Shown here: positions 8,236 through 16,170 of the stretch, in pieces
How positions within the stretch are numbered: position 1 is the first letter of the stretch
Layout: the number at the start of each line of letters is the position of its first letter
Assembly (NCBI GenBank): GCA_017447745.1
Contig: JAFSMW010000106.1
Span: forward strand, 1 to 27,629
Reading direction: 5' to 3'
DNA length: 27,629 bases
DNA from: Thermoguttaceae bacterium
GTDB taxonomy: Bacteria > Planctomycetota > Planctomycetia > Pirellulales > Thermoguttaceae
Program-made: the position numbers and the translations under genes
The notes under the pieces: generated by a model
Told to the model about the DNA's origin: nothing
Seen by the model: the letters and a program-made list of their open reading frames with translations, nothing else
Database searches by the model: none

Positions 8236-8404
8236 GAGTTAGGAATGAGGAGGGAGGAGTGAGGAGTTGGTATAGCGCTTTGCGCCGACAGGGTCGGTTC
8301 CCGAATGGACGTGGGATGCGCCGAAATAGGCTTTTTCGGAGGCATAACCTTGTCCTCTTGCCCGCGCGGCTTCGCGCCCTCACTCCTAATTCCTAACTCC
8401 TAAC
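8236..8404. repeat. MITE-like unit: inverted heptamer arrays (gagttaggaatgaggagggaggagtgaggag ... cctcactcctaattcctaactcctaact) flanking a ~95-bp core with a gcgcg-gctt-cgcgc hairpin
   Basis: The arms at 8236-8269 and 8377-8404 are reverse complements of the same heptamer family. It sits between the metzincin stop (8423) and the umuC-like start (8206). Confidence 0.5.
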
Positions 8405-8422
8405 TGTTTAAACTACAGTCTA

Positions 8423-9826
8423 TTAATCCCTAATCTTTATATGAATCCCCTCCGTCTTTCCGTACCGGTCAATGACGTGCATTTCCAAATCGCCTTTGAA
8501 TTCCTCGCAGCCGTCTTTAAGTTCCTCTACAGAGAATCGCATCTGCTTCGGCAGCGGCTGACCGGGTTGAGGCGCAACGTAAAGTTGTCTATCTTCGCCG
8601 GACGCGACGCCGAAAAAGGCGATGCCGTTTTCCGCTTCGAGTTTAACGGACTGATTGTCGTCGATGAGTTCAATTTTGACGTCTCCTTCATCGTTTACCG
8701 GCGGTTCGTCCTGGAAGAACCGGTTGACGTTCAGCGCCGCGGCGGAAATGGGCGACCAGTTGGCGGCTTCGTCGTCAATATTTTCCAGCCAATCGTCGTT
8801 TTCTTTGCTGGGGGCTTCCCGCATGACAAAGAAACGGTTGAGCTGGTCGATTCCTCGCGTCATGATGTCGCGCGGTTCGTTGGAATGGGGCAGATCGAAG
8901 GTGTGTCCCAACTCGTGCAGAGCCGCGCCGATTGTCGTTGCCGCTGCCGCCCAGTAGACGGAACGGTAGGCGGAATCGTCATGGAAATGTTTGCTGTCAA
9001 CGGGGGTGGAGTCCGTAAACGCTTTGACGACGCCGTCGAGCGAGTCCGACCACGTATACATGCAGCTGGAACCGAACATCGCCTGACAGCCGCCACCCAA
9101 AGCAGTGTGACATTTCGTCTCTTTGGTTTTGGGATCAAAGCGCGTATAGGAGGGAATGACGAGGTTGCGTCCGGAATCTTCCGGGAACTGGGGCGTAACT
9201 TCGTCATAAACCATGTCGTACCAGTCTTCATCAGAAACGGAACCGTATTCTTTCGCCGTCTTCTTTCCTTTGAAGACGTGAACAATGACGTCGCCGTTTT
9301 CGTCCAGTTCCAGATTGAACGTCTTTCTGCCCAGACCAGCGTCGTTCATGGATTCCGCCGTAAAACACTGCATCAATTTGAGAGCGGTGTCGAGTTTTCC
9401 TTTGAAATTCTGTGGGTCGTTTTTATACGGCGTTTGAAACGTCGTGTCGCCGGTGGAATCCGTCATGTAAATCATACGGACAACCAGCGGATTGGAGTTC
9501 TTTTTGTAGTTCAGCTTCAGAGTCGTTTTATATTCTCCGCTTGTCAGTTCGAGTTCATTTTCTCCCGGAACGAGTTCAGCAAGAACCTTGAACTTGCCTT
9601 TCCAGGCGTCGCCATGAATCTTTCGAGACGCTTTCTGAGACGATAAATTTGTACAGACAATTTCCGTTGCGGATTCGTCGTACAGACGCCCTCGCAGCAA
9701 CGCGACCGGGTAATCAATTTCCGTCCCGTCGGTAAAATTAACGACTTGAATCGCCTCGTCGGCAAACAGCGCCGACGTCAGTGAAATAAGTAAAGCAAAA
9801 GCAATAGTTGTAATGTAACGAGTCAT
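8423..9826 (-). CDS. Secreted metzincin-type zinc metalloprotease (matrixin-like HEXXHXXGXXHS motif, here HELGHTFDLPHS, plus Met-turn DIMTRG), paralog A
   Basis: Signal peptide MTRYITTIAFALLISLTSALFA. Zinc-binding motif and Met-turn are present. Closely similar along its whole length to the 9933..11330 gene immediately upstream. Confidence 0.7.
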   Translation of the reverse strand: MTRYITTIAFALLISLTSALFADEAIQVVNFTDGTEIDYPVALLRGRLYDESATEIVCTNLSSQKASRKIHGDAWKGKFKVLAELVPGENELELTSGEYKTTLKLNYKKNSNPLVVRMIYMTDSTGDTTFQTPYKNDPQNFKGKLDTALKLMQCFTAESMNDAGLGRKTFNLELDENGDVIVHVFKGKKTAKEYGSVSDEDWYDMVYDEVTPQFPEDSGRNLVIPSYTRFDPKTKETKCHTALGGGCQAMFGSSCMYTWSDSLDGVVKAFTDSTPVDSKHFHDDSAYRSVYWAAAATTIGAALHELGHTFDLPHSNEPRDIMTRGIDQLNRFFVMREAPSKENDDWLENIDDEAANWSPISAAALNVNRFFQDEPPVNDEGDVKIELIDDNQSVKLEAENGIAFFGVASGEDRQLYVAPQPGQPLPKQMRFSVEELKDGCEEFKGDLEMHVIDRYGKTEGIHIKIRD

Positions 9827-9864
9827 AATATACAGGGATTAAATTGGAATGTCTGAGTCGTTTT

Positions 9865-9944
9865 GAGTTAGGAATTAGGAGTGAGGAGCGATATTCGCCG
9901 AAGGCGAACCACTACTGCCTACTGCCTCTTGCCTATTGCCTAAC
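9865..9944. repeat. Heptamer-array + hairpin element between the two metzincin paralogs (gagttaggaattaggagtgaggag / ttcgccgaaggcgaa / ctactgcctactgcctcttgcctattgcctaac)
   Basis: The central hairpin is a perfect palindrome. The right arm supplies the last three codons and the TAG of paralog B (..VRQ*). Confidence 0.7.
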
Positions 9945-11330
9945 ATGAACGCTTCTCGTCTTTCCGTAACGGTCAATAGCGTGAAGCTCCAAACCGTCTT
10001 TGAAATTTTTGACTTTGTCTTTGAGTTCCTGAACGGAGAATCGCATCTGTTTAGGCAGTTCCTGACCCGGTTGAGGGGCAACGAAAAACTGGCGATGTCC
10101 GTCAGACATGGCGCCGAAATAAGCGATGCCGTTTTCCGCCTCGACCTCAACGGTTTCCCCGTCGTCAACGATCTGCAGCGTAACTCTCCCTTGATTTTCA
10201 GCCGGCGGTTCGTCCTGGAAGAACGGGCAGACGTTCAGCGCCGCGGCGGAAATGAGCGACCAGTTGGCGGCTCGGTCGTCCAGGTTTTCTAACCAATCTC
10301 GATTGAATCTGCTGGGAGCTTCCCGCATGACGAAAAAGCGGTTAAGCTGGTCGATTCCGCGGGTCATGATGTCGCGCGGCTGGTTGGAATGGGGCAGACC
10401 GAAGGTGTGTCCCAACTCGTGCAAAGCCGCGCCAATTGTCGTTGACGCCGCCGCCCAGTAAACGGAACGGAAAGCAGTGTCGTCATGGAAACGCTCTTTA
10501 TCAACGGGCGTGGAATCCGTAAACGCCTTGACAACGCCGTCGAGCGAATCCGGCCACGTGTACATGCAGCCTGACCCGAACAGAGCCAGACTTCCGCCGC
10601 CTAACGCTGTGTGACATTTCGTCCTTTTGGTTTCTGGATCAAAGCGAGTATAGGCGGGAATGACGAGGTTTTTTCCATTGTACCACGGGAAGTCATTTGA
10701 TATTTCCTGATAGACCTTATCGTACCATTCATGATCGGAAAGAGCGGCGTATTCCTCCATCGTCTTCTGTCCTTTGAAGACGTGAACGATTACGTCGCCG
10801 TTGTCGTCCAGTTCCAGATTGAACGTCTTTCGACCCAGCCCAGAGTCGTTCATGGTTTCTGCTGTAAAGCACTGCATCAGCTTTAACGCGGTGTCGAGCT
10901 TGCCCTTGAAATTCTGCGGGTCGTTTTCATACGGCGTTTGGAACGTTGTGTCGCCGGTCGAATCCGTCATGTAAATCATACGGACGACCAACGGGTTGGA
11001 GTTCTTTTTGTAGTTCAGTTTCAGAGTCGTTTTATGATCCCCACTTGTCAGTTCGAGTTCGTTTTCCCCCGGAACGAGTTCCGCAAGAACCTTGAACTGA
11101 CCTTTCCAGGCGTCGCCGTGAATCTGTCGAGACGCTTTCTGAGAAGACAAATTCGTACAGACGATTTCCGTTGCGGATTCGTCAGAAAGACGCCCTCGCA
11201 GCAACGCGACCGGGTAGTCAATTTCCGTTCCGTTGGTAAAGTTAACGACTTGAATCGCCTCGTCGGCATACAGAGCCGACGTCAGCGAGATAAACAATGC
11301 AAAAACGATAGTTGTGATGGTGCGTGTCAT
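9933..11330 (-). CDS. Secreted metzincin-type zinc metalloprotease (HELGHTFGLPHS, Met-turn), paralog B
   Basis: Signal peptide MTRTITTIVFALFISLTSALYA. Canonical HEXXHXXGXXH is present. The preferred start is the second Met (matches paralog A); the track start at 11351 adds MINTLPT. There are 17 bp between it and the upstream oxidoreductase stop. Confidence 0.7.
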   Translation of the reverse strand: MTRTITTIVFALFISLTSALYADEAIQVVNFTNGTEIDYPVALLRGRLSDESATEIVCTNLSSQKASRQIHGDAWKGQFKVLAELVPGENELELTSGDHKTTLKLNYKKNSNPLVVRMIYMTDSTGDTTFQTPYENDPQNFKGKLDTALKLMQCFTAETMNDSGLGRKTFNLELDDNGDVIVHVFKGQKTMEEYAALSDHEWYDKVYQEISNDFPWYNGKNLVIPAYTRFDPETKRTKCHTALGGGSLALFGSGCMYTWPDSLDGVVKAFTDSTPVDKERFHDDTAFRSVYWAAASTTIGAALHELGHTFGLPHSNQPRDIMTRGIDQLNRFFVMREAPSRFNRDWLENLDDRAANWSLISAAALNVCPFFQDEPPAENQGRVTLQIVDDGETVEVEAENGIAYFGAMSDGHRQFFVAPQPGQELPKQMRFSVQELKDKVKNFKDGLELHAIDRYGKTRSVHVRQ

Positions 11331-11347
11331 GGTAGGGAGCGTATTAA

Positions 11348-12829
11348 TCAATCAATTGTCGGAACGATATACGGTGCGCGCTGCGGTCGCGTCAGCAGGG
11401 CGTTGGCTTCCGGCATGCCGTCAATCTGGAATGTTTCGTTGTTGATGGAAATCTTCTTGCCCAGCGTCCAGGCAACGTCTTTGTTGAGGTCAAGCTCCGG
11501 CAGACAGAACTGGACGTTTTCGAGCGTTTCGTCAATCGTCTGCTGCATAATCGGATTGTTCCCGACAGCGTCGCGGCAGGCGTTCAGAGACGCTGTTGAC
11601 CCGGAACGATAAGAGACGTTGCCCAAGTGACAAATTCCGGCGCTGAAATGCCCTTCGGTAATCGGCGCGTTGAGCTTGTCCGGCGTATTGTCGCGAACGC
11701 AGTTGATAAAGTTCTGGAAGATGTCGCCGGGGTTGAGCGCTTCGCAGTCAATATTGATTTGTTCCGTCTTTCCGTTGTTGGAATGGAACGTCGAACCTTG
11801 AATGTACCCATCTTCTGTTACAAACCAGCCAACTTCTCGCGGATTCCATTTGTCGTTGTTGCGATTTCTCAGATTGCAGGACTGGAAAATGAGCGGGATC
11901 CCGTTAAAGTCGCAAATTCCCAGCATGACAGTTGGTGTCTCAGCGGCGTCCTTGTAATTATGCTCTTTGTCGATAACCGTTCGCGTTCCGAAAAAGACGA
12001 CGTTTTGCGGGAATTTGAGATCGGGGAAAAGCTGCGTCAGACCGATTCGGCAGACGTCAAAGTAATGGACGCCGTTGTTGCCGATTTCTCCGTTTCCGAA
12101 ATTCCAGTACCAGTGCCAGTTGTATGGGACGTATCGTTCGCTAAAGGGAACCATCGCCGCCGGACCGACCCACAAGTCCCAATCGATGTTTTGCGGGGCA
12201 GGGGCGTCTGGAAGGAACGGCATGGGATTGCGCGGTCGATTGGCAAACGCCTTAACGGCAATCGGTTTCCCGAACATTCCCTTTGCCCAGGCGACTGCGC
12301 CTTTTTTTGTTCCGAAGTCGCACCGTCGCTGCGTTCCGTGCTGAATGCAGACGTTGTACTTTCTCATCGCCGCCGCCAACTGACAGCCCTCAAAGAGATT
12401 TTGGGAACAGGGCTTTTCGACGTAGACGTGCTTTCCCGCCTGCGCCGCCCAAATTCCCAAAAGCGAATGCCAATGGTTGCAGGACGCAATCGAAACAAAA
12501 TCGACGTCCTTGTCGTCAAAAAGCTGACGGGCGTCCTGAACGGCTTTGCAGTCGTTTCCCTTTTTATCTTTGATCCATTTAGCAGCGCTGTTGGCGCGAT
12601 TCAAATCAGCGTCCGCCGTTCCGACGATTTCCACGCCGTTGATGCCGGAAAACGCCTGAACGTGATGATTTCCTCGACTGCCAACGCCCAACACGGCGCC
12701 GCGAAGGCGGTCGTTCGCTCCAAACGCCTTGGACGAAATAAACAAAGGACAAACCGCCGCGCCGGAAATGACGACGCTGGCTTTAACGAAATCTCGTCTT
12801 GAAATCTTTCTTTTGAAAGTCATGATCAT
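11348..12829 (-). CDS. Gfo/Idh/MocA-family NAD(P)-dependent oxidoreductase with twin-arginine (Tat) signal
   Basis: RRDFVKASVVISGAA Tat motif. Rossmann-type VLGVGSRGNHHVQAF...VEIVG and EKPCSQ family motif. 493 aa. Confidence 0.8.
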   Translation of the reverse strand: MIMTFKRKISRRDFVKASVVISGAAVCPLFISSKAFGANDRLRGAVLGVGSRGNHHVQAFSGINGVEIVGTADADLNRANSAAKWIKDKKGNDCKAVQDARQLFDDKDVDFVSIASCNHWHSLLGIWAAQAGKHVYVEKPCSQNLFEGCQLAAAMRKYNVCIQHGTQRRCDFGTKKGAVAWAKGMFGKPIAVKAFANRPRNPMPFLPDAPAPQNIDWDLWVGPAAMVPFSERYVPYNWHWYWNFGNGEIGNNGVHYFDVCRIGLTQLFPDLKFPQNVVFFGTRTVIDKEHNYKDAAETPTVMLGICDFNGIPLIFQSCNLRNRNNDKWNPREVGWFVTEDGYIQGSTFHSNNGKTEQINIDCEALNPGDIFQNFINCVRDNTPDKLNAPITEGHFSAGICHLGNVSYRSGSTASLNACRDAVGNNPIMQQTIDETLENVQFCLPELDLNKDVAWTLGKKISINNETFQIDGMPEANALLTRPQRAPYIVPTID

Positions 12830-12929
12830 TTTTACAGGTTAAAAGGAAGGGAAAACGTTCGATGAAAACAGTCCATGCGACGCTCGGATTATAAATTATC
12901 ATTTATTATATCAAAACCGATTTTAAAAT

Positions 12930-13119
12930 GGAATAGGGGGGAGGAGATATAAGCTATTAGCTAATAGCTAGAAGCTAGCAACTCAAAAAATACTCCCTCC
13001 GTGGGTTAAAACCCACGGCTACAAATATTGAACTGCTACGCAGTTCTTGAGGAACGCTATCGCGTCTGTTTAAATAACTACGCCCTCTTCCCTACTGCCT
13101 ACAGCCTCTTTTTCCCTCA
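12930..13119. repeat. Divergent-promoter region packed with element parts: ggaataggggggaggag, an AGCTATT/AGCTAAT/AGCTAGA/AGCTAGC heptamer array, hairpin ccgtgggtt-aa-aacccacgg, hairpin gaactgc-tac-gcagttc, and ccctactgcctacagcc
   Basis: Direct reading between the oxidoreductase start (12829) and the M16 peptidase start (13247). Confidence 0.5.
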
Positions 13120-13246
13120 ATTTTAGATAAAAAAGAACAAATAGGGGGTTTTTGCCGTATCATTAAATATTGATTTCGTGTATAATATTTATATAGTTCA
13201 AAATATTATGTTGTTTCAATTTACCCCCCCAAAAAGAGAAAAACTT

Positions 13247-15970
13247 ATGTCCGTTCAATCCCATTCCAACGCCTGGACGTCCCGGGTTGCCCTTCTGGCA
13301 ATTGGAACGTTGATGGCTTTTGCGTCCAGCGACGCGTTTGCTCAAATTTCACCTCTTTCCACTACGCCTTCCGCTATGAACTCAACTTCATCTTCCGCGC
13401 CGACAACCGAACCGTTGACTGTACTCAGCCGAGAAACGCTTCAACCCGGTTTGACGATGGCGAAACTGTCCAACGGTTTGACGATACTCATTCAGGAAAA
13501 CCACACTGCGCCCAACGCGACGGTTCGCTGCTTTGTCAAAAACACGGGCAGCATGAACGAAACCGGACATCTTGGAGCCGGTTTGAGCCACGTTCTGGAA
13601 CACGTCGTTTCCGGCGGATCTACAGCAACTCGAACCGAGGCGGAAACGGAAGACATGGTCGACCGCATGGGCGGCGTTACCAACGCCTTTACGTCCATCA
13701 ACGTAACAGCGTACTTTATCGACTGCCCGTCCAAAGACGTCATCAAGGCAGTTGACATCATCGCGGACGAAATGCAGCACATCGCGTTTGTTCCCAAAGA
13801 ATTCAATCGGGAACTGCAGGTCGTTCAGCAGGAGCTTCGAGACGGCGAAGCCAGCCGCGCCCGGGTTATGTGGAAGATGATGGCGGAAACCCGCTATCTG
13901 AAGCATCCTGCCCGACTGCCCGTTATTGGATATTTGGACGTCTTGCAGCGAGCTTCCAACGACGATATTATTTCCTTCTATAAACAGCGATACATTCCCA
14001 ACAACCAGATCTTCGTCGTTGTTGGCGACGTCAAAACAGACGAGATTCTAGAACGCGTTCGCAAGAATTATGAGGGAACGCCCCGCGGCAAGATGAACGA
14101 CATTGTCGTTCCTCAGGAACCGCTACAGGCATCTCCCCGCTTTGCGGTTAGAGAGATGGACGGCGCGACTTTCGACGTAACCGTTTTCTGGCCGACGGTC
14201 AGCATCGATTCACCTGACATGTACCCGCTGGACATTCTCGACTACGTTTTGGCGGAAGGAGCCAGTTCCCTTCTGGTTAAAAAATACTGCATGGACAACC
14301 CCTTGGCGCTGTCGATTGGCGCGTCCAGCTCTACCCCCAACTACGCGCCGGGCATGTTTGCCGTTCAGATGTCTCTGACGGAAGAGAACTATCCCGCCGT
14401 TGTCGACCAAGTCGTTGCCGACGTCTACAGGATGCGCGACGTTCTCATTCCGGAAGAACTGCTCGAAAAAGCCAAAAAGCAGAAAATCGCCGAGCAGATT
14501 TTTGGTCTGCAGACGATTCAGGCGCAGGCGGATAATCTGGCGCAGTCGTACATTGCCACCGGCGACCCTCTGTTCGACAACACCTACGTTGAACAGATTA
14601 AAAAGGTAACAGCGCAGGACGTTCAGCGCGTTGCCAGAAAATACCTCGTTCCGGAACGATTCAACAAGGTCGTTATTACCCCGTTGGGCAAATCTCAAAA
14701 AGCGACTCAAAGCGCCGCTGAAGCGACCGATTTCCCCATTCAACAACTGACGCTGGAAAACGGCGTAACGGTTCTGACAAAGCGGATCCCTAACCTGCCG
14801 CTGGTTTCGATGCAGGTCTACGTTAAAGGCGGAGCGGTTATCGAAACGCCGGAAAACGCCGGGGTGAGTCTGCTGTCAGCCAACATGTTTGAAAAAGGCT
14901 GTCAAGGCATGACAGCCGCTCAAATCGCCGAATATTTTGACCTGATCGGCGGTTCGATTGGCTTCACAGCCGCCCGCAACACCACCTCCGGATCCATCCT
15001 GACCCTCAAAGAGGACTTCCCCAAGGCGTCGGAAATTCTGGCGGAATGCTTCCTCCGTCCGACGTTCCCGGAAGACGAATTCGCCAAGCTGAAAGTTCAG
15101 GCTCTCGGTCTTCTTCAACGAAAGAAAGCCGACCCGCGATCCGAAGCCCGCGACGCGTTCTTCAACGCTCTGCCCAAAACCAGCTCGTTTAGTCACATTG
15201 TCGGCGGAACGATTGAGTCCGTTTCCAACTTGACGCTGGACGACCTCAAAAAGTACCATCAGACGTACGTTCAGCCGGACGGCATGGTCGTCGCGATTTT
15301 TGGAGACATCTCTACAGAAGACGCCGTCGCGCAAGCGAAAAAACTCTTTGGAAACCTCAAGCAAACCGCTCGTCCTGTCGTTTCCTACGACCTGCCCAAT
15401 ACGATTGAAAAATCGGTTGTCAAACACGTCAAGACGGAAAAGACGACAGCCATGATTCTCATCGGGTACGAATGCCCGTCCATGCTCGACGTTGAAGATT
15501 ACAACGCGATGTACGTTCTCAACGGAATTGTTACCGGCTGCGGATACCCCGGCGGCTGGACGTTCCCGGAACTGCGCGGCGCGGGGCTGGTCTACAGCGT
15601 TCACGGAATCCGCATGGCGGGAATCAGCCCCGGATACTTCACGATTATCGCCCAAACCCGCCCGGACGCCGTTGACGAAGTCGTCGAACGAATCCGCAAG
15701 AACATCGAAAAAGCGAAGGCGGGAACGATTACCGAAGAAGAATTCGAAAAAGCCAAGGAAATGATTATCGCCATGGAAGCCCAGGACAACACGACTGCCA
15801 GCGATCAGGCGACTCAGGCGGCAGTCGATACAATCCTCGGTCTGGGTCCGGAATACCAAAAGGGTTCCGCCGCCCGAATCAACGCAGTTACCCTCGACCA
15901 GGTCAAAACCGTCGCGAAAAAATACCTGACCAATTCCGTTCAGGTTACGCTGTCGAATAAAGACGAGTAA
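13247..15970 (+). CDS. Secreted M16-family (pitrilysin/insulinase-like) zinc peptidase, fused active + inactive halves
   Basis: Inverted zinc motif HxxEH (GLSHVLEHVVSGGS) in the N-terminal half and an M16-like second half; ~907 aa. Signal peptide MSVQSHSNAWTSRVALLAIGTLMAFASSDAFAQ. The track start at 13178 is an upstream GTG/ATG extension. Confidence 0.85.
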   Translation: MSVQSHSNAWTSRVALLAIGTLMAFASSDAFAQISPLSTTPSAMNSTSSSAPTTEPLTVLSRETLQPGLTMAKLSNGLTILIQENHTAPNATVRCFVKNTGSMNETGHLGAGLSHVLEHVVSGGSTATRTEAETEDMVDRMGGVTNAFTSINVTAYFIDCPSKDVIKAVDIIADEMQHIAFVPKEFNRELQVVQQELRDGEASRARVMWKMMAETRYLKHPARLPVIGYLDVLQRASNDDIISFYKQRYIPNNQIFVVVGDVKTDEILERVRKNYEGTPRGKMNDIVVPQEPLQASPRFAVREMDGATFDVTVFWPTVSIDSPDMYPLDILDYVLAEGASSLLVKKYCMDNPLALSIGASSSTPNYAPGMFAVQMSLTEENYPAVVDQVVADVYRMRDVLIPEELLEKAKKQKIAEQIFGLQTIQAQADNLAQSYIATGDPLFDNTYVEQIKKVTAQDVQRVARKYLVPERFNKVVITPLGKSQKATQSAAEATDFPIQQLTLENGVTVLTKRIPNLPLVSMQVYVKGGAVIETPENAGVSLLSANMFEKGCQGMTAAQIAEYFDLIGGSIGFTAARNTTSGSILTLKEDFPKASEILAECFLRPTFPEDEFAKLKVQALGLLQRKKADPRSEARDAFFNALPKTSSFSHIVGGTIESVSNLTLDDLKKYHQTYVQPDGMVVAIFGDISTEDAVAQAKKLFGNLKQTARPVVSYDLPNTIEKSVVKHVKTEKTTAMILIGYECPSMLDVEDYNAMYVLNGIVTGCGYPGGWTFPELRGAGLVYSVHGIRMAGISPGYFTIIAQTRPDAVDEVVERIRKNIEKAKAGTITEEEFEKAKEMIIAMEAQDNTTASDQATQAAVDTILGLGPEYQKGSAARINAVTLDQVKTVAKKYLTNSVQVTLSNKDE

Positions 15971-16150
15971 GGGTTTAGGCAGTAGGCAAGAGGCAGTAGG
16001 CAGTAGTAGTTCGCCTTCGGCGAATTTTAAACTACGCCATATTACCTATTGTCTAAACTAATGTTTTCCGTTGGTTTGATGAATAAATAAGGCAGTATGC
16101 AGTAGAAAAGATTTCCCTATTGCCTACTGCCTACTGCCTAATGCCTCAAA
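15971..16150. terminator. Bidirectional element between convergent M16 peptidase and GH5 genes: TAGGCAG-type array (15976-16006), hairpin ttcgccttcggcgaa (16010-16024), second hairpin ggcagtatgcagtag...cctattgcctactgcctactgcc (16091-16140)
   Basis: Plus-sense array directly follows the M16 TAA; the minus-sense array follows the GH5 TGA. Perfect GC hairpin in the centre. Confidence 0.6.
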
Positions 16151-16170
16151 CTACTGTCTACTCCCTTTCT

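Noticed and set aside
6947-8383. Extended N-termini of several track ORFs: 6947..8383, 23319..23891, 18890..20380, 13178..15970, 9933..11351, 25069..25518, 20518..21207
   Set aside because: The extensions read through heptamer arrays or low-complexity upstream sequence (for example PIPYSLLPIPYSL), start at GTG/TTG, or precede an obvious signal peptide or paralog-matched Met. Internal starts chosen instead: 8206, 23774, 20257, 13247, 11330, 25494 (AGGAGG SD) and 20545.
8441-9646. Long antisense ORFs: 8441..9646(+), 11627..12802(+), 14876..15859(-), 21965..23050(-), 18941..20212(+), 2506..3168(-), 6028..6711(+), 25009..25530(+), 10938..11612(+)
   Set aside because: Each lies opposite a CDS with unmistakable family motifs (metzincin HEXXH, Gfo/Idh/MocA, M16 HxxEH, flotillin, beta-propeller gene, ligA, acidic-repeat gene, zinc-ribbon gene). 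The translated products are Arg/Cys-rich nonsense typical of shadow ORFs in mid-GC DNA.
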